A stretch of 64,000 nucleotides of DNA from Bdellovibrionales bacterium (GTDB lineage: Bacteria > Bdellovibrionota > Bdellovibrionia > Bdellovibrionales > JAGQZY01). The translations under genes were made by a program, and so were the position numbers. The notes below the pieces were generated by a model. It ran no database searches. It worked only from the letters and a program-made list of their open reading frames with translations, and had not been told where the DNA came from. Positions 29,239 to 37,229 of the stretch are shown one piece after another. Every line of letters begins with the position of its first letter. Position 1 is the stretch's first letter. Location: contig CAXRHT010000002.1 of the NCBI GenBank assembly GCA_964230645.1, positions 1,312,001 through 1,376,000 of the forward strand, given 5' to 3'.

Positions 29239-29820
29239 ATGAAAGCTCCTCTTCTCTTAGAAATTAAAAAAGAAACCCAAAGTCTTCACGATGAAATTGA
29301 AAAAGCCATTCCAATCAGTGACCCTAGCTTTTCTTTTGACCACTACAAAACCTATCTCCTTTTTCTTTATCATTTTTATGAGACCAATGAACCCAACATG
29401 CTGGCCTTTGCCAATAGCTATCCTGAATTAGAGCTTGAAAAAAGAAGTAAAAGAGAAAGCCTAATTAAAGACCTCAACAATCACGGAATTTCACTACAAA
29501 CCAACCAAGATTGGCTCGCTAAACTGCAGCTTCCTTTGAAAGATATAAATGATCTGATTGGTTTTCTCTATGTGGTTGAGGGTTCAACTTTAGGCGGAAG
29601 AATCGTTGCTAAAATTTTGAAGGATCGTTTTTCTCAGTATGAAATCTCTATGCATTTTCTAAATATGTACGAAGAGGAGGCTCCGACTATGTGGAAGAGC
29701 TTTCATCATTGGGTAATGAACCATGAAAAACAACTCGATAAAAACGAAGTTTTAGGCTCAGCTAAAAATAGTTTTTTAAAGTTTAAGGAATATCAGCACC
29801 TGACTCACGATGGGCTCTAA
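29239..29820 (+). CDS. bphO: Biliverdin-producing heme oxygenase
   Basis: Proximal His in KKETQSLHDEIE, distal YVVEGSTLGG; 1 nt after the phytochrome stop. Confidence 0.92.
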   Translation: MKAPLLLEIKKETQSLHDEIEKAIPISDPSFSFDHYKTYLLFLYHFYETNEPNMLAFANSYPELELEKRSKRESLIKDLNNHGISLQTNQDWLAKLQLPLKDINDLIGFLYVVEGSTLGGRIVAKILKDRFSQYEISMHFLNMYEEEAPTMWKSFHHWVMNHEKQLDKNEVLGSAKNSFLKFKEYQHLTHDGL

Positions 29821-29909
29821 GCAACGCTTGAGGTCCAAGTAGAACCAGAGCTGCTATCAGCAATAACGTAGATGCACTACCACTGGGAAGAAAACTTGTT
29901 AAAGCCTGA

Positions 29910-31136
29910 TTATGTTTTAATCACGCTAGGGATAACCGAAGCTGGAGTTTGATTAGAATAATAATCCATTGGTGATCCAAAAATGGCTCCAACGGTCGCA
30001 CTCACATTTTCGGGAAATATAAGGTTAACAGATTCTCCAGCGGAACTGGCTCTGCGTACGACTTCACCCGTGCTATAATTGATTGGGTAAGAGATGTGTT
30101 CAGCGACTCCATACTGTGAATTTTCAACACCAATGACAAAGCTTTCTCCACTGGATCGCCCCCCTTGCACACCTCGTCCTGCCAAAAGGACAGAATTAGC
30201 ATGAGGGTTATGATCTTTACCAGCAGAAGAATTAAGCGCGGAAGTTCTCGCAAATTCGGATACGACCATAAATGTCGTCCGGTCAAAGAGACTTTCTCCT
30301 TCGCTATATTCAACCATTTTAAAGGCATCGAACATTTCACTAACTTCTGACCAAGCTTGGGATTGAGCACTTAAATGGGAGCCCTCGTGAGAAGTATGGG
30401 TATCAAGTTCAGCATCAATATTAAGGCTTCCTTGGTAAGCCGCTTGCGCTAGGAAAGAAGCTATAAGTGCTCTGGTATTTTCGTCTGTAATCCCCATTGC
30501 GGTTAATTCTTCTACTTTTTCATTAATAAGATCCATTTTTCCATTAACAAGCTGCAGTCCGGCCAGGGCTTGGGCGAAAGTAGAGTCATCAATCAGTGGA
30601 GTTGTCGATAACATGCCTTCAAGAGATGAACTATTCGCCACGGATCTTAATTCAGTTAGAATTGTGTTTCGGGCACCTGTTGGAATGCTATTCTCTATAA
30701 GGACTCCTAAGGGCCCGCTTCGAGTGGATGCTGAGAGTTCTACGGGGATCAAAGCAGACCTTCCATCACCATATCCGCTTGAAATGATTTCTCGATTGGT
30801 GGAATGACCAGCATCGCGACGCATCTCAATGCCACGAATGATGTGGAGATCTTGGCTATGCTTAATCATAGATTGGAAGGCGGGACCAAAATGAAGCTCA
30901 CCAGCTTCAATAATTTCGTCTGCCTGGTATTCAATGAACATATCCTTTTGACTGTGACCTTCTTGATGAACTTTTGGATCCAGTGACAAGGTCACGTCCC
31001 AGCCATTATTCACTTGAATGAGAACAAAGAAGTGATCTTCATTATTAGCCCAAACTCTATTTGGAAGAAAGAGTGAGGATCCTGCCGTTGATGCAAAGAT
31101 TGAAGAAGTTAATTTTAGAAATAGACGTCTATCCAT
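29910..31136 (-). CDS. Tat-exported DUF1501-family protein
   Basis: MDRRLFLK twin-arginine signal; GWD..LSLDP, LDTH, VSEFART and GKDHNP...LLAGRGVQGG. Confidence 0.85.
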   Translation of the reverse strand: MDRRLFLKLTSSIFASTAGSSLFLPNRVWANNEDHFFVLIQVNNGWDVTLSLDPKVHQEGHSQKDMFIEYQADEIIEAGELHFGPAFQSMIKHSQDLHIIRGIEMRRDAGHSTNREIISSGYGDGRSALIPVELSASTRSGPLGVLIENSIPTGARNTILTELRSVANSSSLEGMLSTTPLIDDSTFAQALAGLQLVNGKMDLINEKVEELTAMGITDENTRALIASFLAQAAYQGSLNIDAELDTHTSHEGSHLSAQSQAWSEVSEMFDAFKMVEYSEGESLFDRTTFMVVSEFARTSALNSSAGKDHNPHANSVLLAGRGVQGGRSSGESFVIGVENSQYGVAEHISYPINYSTGEVVRRASSAGESVNLIFPENVSATVGAIFGSPMDYYSNQTPASVIPSVIKT

Positions 31137-31146
31137 TTGAGCTCCC

Positions 31147-33183
31147 TTAGTAAGTCAGAAAATACCGCGTGCTTAGTAGTGTTTTCGCAAATAAAACCAA
31201 CGCATCAAGATTCGTTTGATAAGGGTCCTTTGCCAATTTTTCGTTTACCTGATTAAAAATGTTTTCTAAATTGTCTGATGGTATCACTCCCACGCCCAGT
31301 ATGTGTTGTTCGGCTATTTTGAGAATTTCCCTTTTTTCCTCATCTGAACTCGCTGACCACATTGTTTGTGGGCTGCTCAGGAATTCGGAGCTTGAATAAT
31401 ACTGACGCATTACTGACTCTTTCGTTTGCAAGCAGCTGTACCACCATCTCAAATAATTTGGATTAACATATTTAAAAATCGGGCGCCCGTCCACTGCGAC
31501 TGGAAATCCAACAGTATTACGATCGTTATCACTAAAGCTGCAGGTTGAGTAATTATCGTCTTCATCAAACTTGTCGGACAGTGACTGCAATAATACGTTG
31601 CCTGTTAAAAGCCGCGTGAATGTGGTGTAAAATGTCGGCTCAAGAAACTCTTTAAAACCCTCTTCGTATTCGATCCTGGAAAGTTCAGCAAACATCTCTC
31701 CGGATTGATAATGGGGTTGTCCATCATTGTCACGAGCTCCATTTTTTATCCAAGCCAATAAAAGATCTCTCTCTTCAGGGCGAAGATCCCACCCTGCGCT
31801 TCTCGGTGGCATCGTCGAGCCATTTCCTTGATGAGAAAGTTTTGTTTCAATAGCAATCTGCTCTACCAATGGGCGACCGTAGTATTGCTCATAAAAGCTA
31901 TTAAAAGGGTAACCGCCTGAAAGATCGGGAGCCATTGACTCTCCAGAATGGCAGCTATCACAACGCTCAAAAATAGGACGAACATGGGCATAACGAATGT
32001 CCTCCTCACCGAGCGTTGAGTATCTATAAAAATAGTCTGAATTCATCAAAATTTTAATAAAGTCTTTTGGCTTTTCGTCGACGGAAACAAATGCGTCGAC
32101 AAGATCACTTTTAACACTGTCCTCTAGAGGAATGTCCTCACCAATCACCCAATCCCAGAAATGTTGCACTTGGCAGGAAAGGTAGTCGGGCTGAGTTACA
32201 ATAGCCTCGGCAAGCTCCTTAAATCCTGTAACCTCTATATCTACCTTCTCACCTCTTTTGGTCTTATAGACCAGGGCTCCTGGTGCAGCGAAAGGATTTA
32301 GATTTAAACTCGAGCCCGCGAAAACACTGGCCATGGGATCAAGTTTATAGTGGCACGCCATGCATTGAGGGTCCGATCCATGGCGAGCTTCGAGATCTTG
32401 ACTCGAAGTAGTCCCTCGATGAGCCTGGTCCATCTGCAATGATTTCTCAAGTAGAGTTCGATCCTCTTCAGCATCAGTCAATACAATAGGTTTCATCGGA
32501 TCACAGAGAAAAGTACGAAACAAAGCGGCCGCTCTTCCTCTGTTCTTATTGATTTTGGTTGTTGGAAAACGTCCGAAAAATCTCTGCGTTGTAACAACAC
32601 CAGCCAGTGTTTGCTGTTGATTTGTTGTCGTTGCTTGAAGTGGTATCTCGACAACTTCCGACGAGCTTGAAAAGAAACCTTGAGCCTCTTGAGTTTCAAC
32701 AAAATTTTGAAGTTGGGGGCCAAGTTCTTCATAGAAAACAAATTGAAAAAAGAAGAGATCTCCTCCGGAGCTGGGGGTAACAATATCTGTTGCCTCATAA
32801 TCTTGTGATAAAAGTAGATCTCGCCAGGGCTGATTTTTTTCGAGTAGTTCCAATATTAGATTATCAAAAGCGTTTTCATTTCTGAAATTATTTTCAAAGT
32901 CACTTGAATTCACATAAGGTACATACATCCGAAACAGCCTAAGTAGATTAGGTCTAAAAGTGGTGGCAAAACTATCACGAGCGAGATACTCGTCCAACTT
33001 GGTTCGAAAATATTGATTAAAATCGTCATCATTCATAGAAGCTACTGTGTCTGCCTCCTCGGGAGTCGGACTAGTGCCTGTAAGAAGGTAAGCGGCTTTG
33101 CGGAGACGAGATTGATTGGATATCTCACCTGCGAATAGGATTGAAGATGTGGTAAGAAGAATTGCGACAATCAATAATCTCAT
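31147..33183 (-). CDS. Secreted diheme c-type cytochrome with Planctomycete-type (DUF1549/1588/1585/1553-like and cytochrome C) domains
   Basis: Sec signal; RLRKAAYLLTGTSPT; AGVVTT...NRGRA...FLC; CMACHYKLDP; VRPIFERCDSCH...MPP...LLAWIKNGA. Confidence 0.8.
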   Translation of the reverse strand: MRLLIVAILLTTSSILFAGEISNQSRLRKAAYLLTGTSPTPEEADTVASMNDDDFNQYFRTKLDEYLARDSFATTFRPNLLRLFRMYVPYVNSSDFENNFRNENAFDNLILELLEKNQPWRDLLLSQDYEATDIVTPSSGGDLFFFQFVFYEELGPQLQNFVETQEAQGFFSSSSEVVEIPLQATTTNQQQTLAGVVTTQRFFGRFPTTKINKNRGRAAALFRTFLCDPMKPIVLTDAEEDRTLLEKSLQMDQAHRGTTSSQDLEARHGSDPQCMACHYKLDPMASVFAGSSLNLNPFAAPGALVYKTKRGEKVDIEVTGFKELAEAIVTQPDYLSCQVQHFWDWVIGEDIPLEDSVKSDLVDAFVSVDEKPKDFIKILMNSDYFYRYSTLGEEDIRYAHVRPIFERCDSCHSGESMAPDLSGGYPFNSFYEQYYGRPLVEQIAIETKLSHQGNGSTMPPRSAGWDLRPEERDLLLAWIKNGARDNDGQPHYQSGEMFAELSRIEYEEGFKEFLEPTFYTTFTRLLTGNVLLQSLSDKFDEDDNYSTCSFSDNDRNTVGFPVAVDGRPIFKYVNPNYLRWWYSCLQTKESVMRQYYSSSEFLSSPQTMWSASSDEEKREILKIAEQHILGVGVIPSDNLENIFNQVNEKLAKDPYQTNLDALVLFAKTLLSTRYFLTY

Positions 33184-34361
33184 TCTACAGGCTCCTTGAT
33201 TCTAATGTTATAAGCTTCTAAGGGTAAGGACTCGATAGAACCATCAAGCATGATGACATCGACAAGCACTTCTTCGTAATTAAAATTACCGTCCACAAGG
33301 CCGAGGAGTGCAAGTTTGGTAAATTCGTTGTCAGCTCCAAAATTGTATTCAAAGTTCAAGACATTGAATCGGTTATTGATAGCAATTTTTTCCAGGTCAC
33401 TCTCGTTTTCTAAGTAGGCTCTGGTGAATGCCTCTTCCTCAATTTGATTTTGAATTTTTCGAAACTGCCCTATAAATGAAGCTGTATCAAAATTAAAGGC
33501 TAGATCACAGGTTTGAGGACCATTGACAAGGTTCCATCCAATGACATCTCCGAGGAATAAAAAGAGACTTTGCATAAAAAGGCCAGTCCCGGGAAATTCG
33601 ATATTTTGGACCTCTAAACCATCAGAAGTTTTTGTAAGGTTCACACCTAGGTGAGCAGCATTTGTACGATTCTCAGAAAGTGATGTTTCTGGGTTTTCTC
33701 TCATATCCTCTTGGCTCCATTCGTTCAAACGCAAGTCACTGCTATTTCCTGAGTAAATCGAAAGAAGCTGGTCATACCAAGCGTAGGAATCGCACCTAAG
33801 ATGAGAGGGCTCAAGACTCTTCAGTTCAGAATCATTGATTGGGCTGGATGGAGAAAAACGCAGAAATTGCGCCTCATAGGTCGCCAGGAAACTTTGATCT
33901 AAAGGGATTTCACCCCCTCCGTTTTCATTAGTAAACTTAACTCTGACCGACTTACCTAATTTCTCTGGATTAGGATGAGACTTCCATACGAGTCGATAGG
34001 TTTTGACCAATAAATCGGTCACAGCGTTACAGCCAGTTCTAAGATTGAGTGGTAGACACGTAATCTCATTGATTCTTCCTGGTATTTCTATATCTTTTTT
34101 TAAAATCGTTTTCGTTCCCAGTGTCATCGAATGCTCCGGTGAATAAATAACCTCTAATATTCCATCAGAAGTGTATTGAATTTCTGGGAGCTGATCCGAG
34201 TTTACAAAATAGGTCGAATAGGAGTTAGACTTATAGTACTCATAGGCTTCCATAGTTATGGGATTCCCTTTTTCCACGAGCTTGGGGTAAGTCGATTGAG
34301 CCCAGGAATCATGAGCTGAGATAACAAACAGGCATATGATAAAAGTTCGAATGATAGTCAT
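33180..34361 (-). CDS. Secreted hypothetical protein, first gene of the cytochrome/DUF1501 operon
   Basis: 393-aa ORF with a Sec signal; ATGA overlap with the cytochrome gene. Confidence 0.75.
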   Translation of the reverse strand: MTIIRTFIICLFVISAHDSWAQSTYPKLVEKGNPITMEAYEYYKSNSYSTYFVNSDQLPEIQYTSDGILEVIYSPEHSMTLGTKTILKKDIEIPGRINEITCLPLNLRTGCNAVTDLLVKTYRLVWKSHPNPEKLGKSVRVKFTNENGGGEIPLDQSFLATYEAQFLRFSPSSPINDSELKSLEPSHLRCDSYAWYDQLLSIYSGNSSDLRLNEWSQEDMRENPETSLSENRTNAAHLGVNLTKTSDGLEVQNIEFPGTGLFMQSLFLFLGDVIGWNLVNGPQTCDLAFNFDTASFIGQFRKIQNQIEEEAFTRAYLENESDLEKIAINNRFNVLNFEYNFGADNEFTKLALLGLVDGNFNYEEVLVDVIMLDGSIESLPLEAYNIRIKEPVE

Positions 34362-34708
34362 GCGAAGTTAGTTTGCAAGAATCGTATCAGATTTTATAAT
34401 CAGACTATAATAGTTGAATATCTTTATAATCGGTCACTTAGGGAATATGTGAGTTTGGCAGTTTAGCCCGGTATAAATCAAACGACAAATTTCGCACCCT
34501 GACCTGTAAATAAAGTTTACAAAAACGTTAACGACGAGAGGCCTAAGTCACCATTGTGGCTTAGGTAAACTATTAAAGCTGATTGTAAACATTCCCTCAA
34601 CAACTTCCCGCCTCCCTCGCGTATCGCTTAAAGGAATACCCATATATTCATCAAGAATTAGACAAAAGCTTCTTACTCTGGCATCCCTGCTTTCAACAGG
34701 AGGTCAAA

Positions 34709-35098
34709 ATGAAGTTATTAATGTTTGTTTTAGTTTGTTTAGTAGGAATCAATCTTCAGGCTCAATCTCAATTGATTTGTAAGAGAGTTGAATTCTCTGG
34801 AAGTGGTACAAGCCTTGCCGCTCAACTTGAAGAAATCATCGAAATAGAAAAAATCGATGGTAATATTTTGTTGATATCAGGAGACAGTGAAAGAGTGATG
34901 AAACCTGACTCAACCAAGCTTTTTGGCTTTGAAGGTCAGGCCTACTCTCGCACCATCCAAGGTTTTTTCGGTCCTTTTAAAAGAGGCACAGTGTTTGTTG
35001 GACAAGGTAAAAATCAAGGTGAACTTGTAGTAAGTACTCCAGGAAACGGAAAACAGTATGGTAGCGGTGGCGGACAAGCCAGTTACATCTGCAAGTGA
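34709..35098 (+). CDS. Small secreted hypothetical protein
   Basis: AGGAGG RBS, signal peptide, and a Cys near each end of the mature chain (LICK...YICK). Confidence 0.8.
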   Translation: MKLLMFVLVCLVGINLQAQSQLICKRVEFSGSGTSLAAQLEEIIEIEKIDGNILLISGDSERVMKPDSTKLFGFEGQAYSRTIQGFFGPFKRGTVFVGQGKNQGELVVSTPGNGKQYGSGGGQASYICK

Positions 35099-35111
35099 AG
35101 TGATTAAATTA

Positions 35112-35141
35112 TCAATGGTCGTGTTGATGCACGACCATTGA
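35112..35141. terminator. Hairpin between convergent genes, probable terminator
   Basis: TCAATGGTCGTG-ttgatg-CACGACCATTGA, perfect 12-bp stem. Confidence 0.7.
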
Positions 35142-35164
35142 GCCCTTTTATTGTGAGCAGGACC

Positions 35165-36295
35165 TTAGAAGTCGAGACTCATGGTGGTCATAAAGCGGCG
35201 ATTTTCTAGCTCTTCACCCTGCACTCCCACTTCTTCGCCGTATGTGGCAAGGTCGAGTTTAAAAATTCCAAACTCACCGGTAAAACCAGCCGTCCAATAA
35301 CCTTGGTTAAGACCAGCACGCCAACCACCTCTAAACCACGACGTCACTTCCCACATAAACTCCACACCTAAGTGAATTCCTTTTTGTAAATTCCAGTTGG
35401 GGTGAAGAACATCACGAATATCAAAAGCCACCTTGGAACTCCACACCCACCAGCTCGGAAGATCCATAGCGTACCCGATATCTATAGTGCGATGAAGGTT
35501 CTCTGGATCCCCTGTGCCCTCACCAATGAGGTTTAAATTGGTGAAGTATCCGTAGTCTCCAATATTTTTTATCACAATCGCGGCCGAAGGATTGTATCTC
35601 TTCCAAGGCCCCACCCAAAGGAAACCAACATCAGCGTCGATGGTCATACCTTCATTAGCATCTTCGATATCAAACACACTACCATCTCCAGAAATAGAGG
35701 CCGCATCCACAATTTCATCCACATGCATTCGATAAATGAGTTTAGTGGTCACACCCACATGGAAGGAACCGCTTTTGTGCCATTTCTTGATTTCCCAGTT
35801 TTTTGTAAAAGCAAAAGTTGTATCTTGAATCGCCGTTAAGTTCACCGAAGGTCCCACCGAACGATGCAATCCCATATCAATGGAAAGATCCATAGGAATA
35901 ATCGCAAGACCCCAGGAAGGCCTTGCCCATAAAAACCCGAGAGAAGGAGCTCTCACAGAATAGTGACTGCCGTAATTTCTTTGAATGGCATCAGACACGG
36001 CTTGCACGTCATCTTCTTGATTAGAAGCGGTCTCAAGTTCATCATAGAAACTTTTTATTTCAGGATCAGCATCGGCTTTAAGAAACCAGTTCGACTCCCC
36101 TTTTTCTAACTGCCCAAGGCCAGCGGGATTATAAAAAATAGCGGTGTTGTCATCAGCAACGGCCGTGAAGGCCCCACCCATTCCATTGGCTCTTGTGGCC
36201 TCAAAACCACGGCGGATGCCTGAATAAAGAGACTGTGCTGCTGCCAATTGACTCATGAAAGTAAGTGATAAAAACACCAAACAAAATTTCGTCAT
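35165..36295 (-). CDS. Outer-membrane beta-barrel, TraF/PorV/FadL-like family (paralog 3)
   Basis: ATG 36295 behind GAGGT; TRANGMGGAFTAVADDNTAIFYNPAGL, ATYGEEVG...ENRRF and terminal Phe (MSLDF). Confidence 0.85.
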   Translation of the reverse strand: MTKFCLVFLSLTFMSQLAAAQSLYSGIRRGFEATRANGMGGAFTAVADDNTAIFYNPAGLGQLEKGESNWFLKADADPEIKSFYDELETASNQEDDVQAVSDAIQRNYGSHYSVRAPSLGFLWARPSWGLAIIPMDLSIDMGLHRSVGPSVNLTAIQDTTFAFTKNWEIKKWHKSGSFHVGVTTKLIYRMHVDEIVDAASISGDGSVFDIEDANEGMTIDADVGFLWVGPWKRYNPSAAIVIKNIGDYGYFTNLNLIGEGTGDPENLHRTIDIGYAMDLPSWWVWSSKVAFDIRDVLHPNWNLQKGIHLGVEFMWEVTSWFRGGWRAGLNQGYWTAGFTGEFGIFKLDLATYGEEVGVQGEELENRRFMTTMSLDF

Positions 36296-36351
36296 CCGTG
36301 ACCTCGATTCTATTTTTTTTGAACTGATTTTTATTGTCCGAAAAATCGACG

Positions 36352-36380
36352 TTGGCGGCAAGTTCAAATCTCTTTATAAT
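36352..36380 (+). promoter_or_regulatory. sigma70-type promoter positioned to give a leaderless mRNA
   Basis: TTGGCG-N17-TATAAT, then 6 nt to ATG 36387; no Shine-Dalgarno. Confidence 0.6.
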
Positions 36381-36386
36381 TGAAGT

Positions 36387-37001
36387 ATGTGCAGATTCTT
36401 AATTTTTACTTTTATGGTTCTCTCTTTCTTTCCGGCTCTAGCAGCGCAAAATAAAGATCACTGGTATAACGTCGAGACAAAAAGTAAAAATGAAAACAAG
36501 AAAAAGGAAGAGTCCTACCCTTACGATAGTGTGGACTCTAAAGACTCCAAGCCCCGATTCGCGCGCTCTTATTTTTGGAACCTTCGACCAAAGGTTGGTT
36601 TTTCAGGAGGGTTTCACGCCGACCGACGCTTCTTTGAAACCGGCAAAGCCAATCGCCTTTTCTTCAACACTAGTCTTTATTTCCGCAACCGCCCCTGGCA
36701 CCGCTGGGTCGCCAACATACAATATATGCAGAACAATAGCCTCTTTGCTGGAGCCAGTTGGGAAATCACCCCAAGCCGCAAACAAAGTCGCTTCTACTAC
36801 GGCGCCGGCCTCTCCCACCGCCTCGTCTCTGAGAAAGAACTCAATAATTTTATCGAAGAAGAAAATTTCCACATAAACCTACAATGCGGCCAAGAAATCC
36901 TCACCTCAAAAGACCAGGCCTGGAATATAGAAGCCAAAGCCTTCTTCTCCACCAACAACCAAGCCATCCAACTTTCCCTTGGCTATATTTTTTCAATTTA
37001 A
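36387..37001 (+). CDS. Small putative outer-membrane beta-barrel protein
   Basis: Signal peptide, alternating aromatic/polar strands and a C-terminal QLSLGYIF beta-signal-like strand. Confidence 0.7.
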   Translation: MCRFLIFTFMVLSFFPALAAQNKDHWYNVETKSKNENKKKEESYPYDSVDSKDSKPRFARSYFWNLRPKVGFSGGFHADRRFFETGKANRLFFNTSLYFRNRPWHRWVANIQYMQNNSLFAGASWEITPSRKQSRFYYGAGLSHRLVSEKELNNFIEEENFHINLQCGQEILTSKDQAWNIEAKAFFSTNNQAIQLSLGYIFSI

Positions 37002-37064
37002 CCATCATTGTACCTAATGTTATTCAAGTAGAACCCATGCCGTAAGAAGCCACCTCTATCGAGT

Positions 37065-37216
37065 CTACAATTGAAAATTTCAGGGAAATTCGAGAGTGTT
37101 GTTTGGATATGGCTCTGGCAAGCGGGACGCGCTCGCCCGCAGGGCGATGCCAGCAAGGCAGGAGCCGTGCCTATCCAAACAACACTCTCGAATTTCCCTG
37201 AAATTTTCAATTGTAG
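37065..37216. repeat. 152-bp palindromic element with perfect 45-bp inverted arms (MITE/REPIN-like)
   Basis: 37065-37109 CTACAATTGAAAATTTCAGGGAAATTCGAGAGTGTTGTTTGGATA is the exact reverse complement of 37172-37216; 62-nt GC-rich structured core. Confidence 0.95.
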
Positions 37217-37229
37217 GCGGCGCACCCGC

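Noticed and set aside
34374..34389. sigma54-like site TGATACG-N4-TTGCA (minus strand), and TGGCAT-N5-TTGTA at 53603-53618
   Set aside because: Each breaks one of the near-invariant GG(-24)/GC(-12) dinucleotides; too weak to call.
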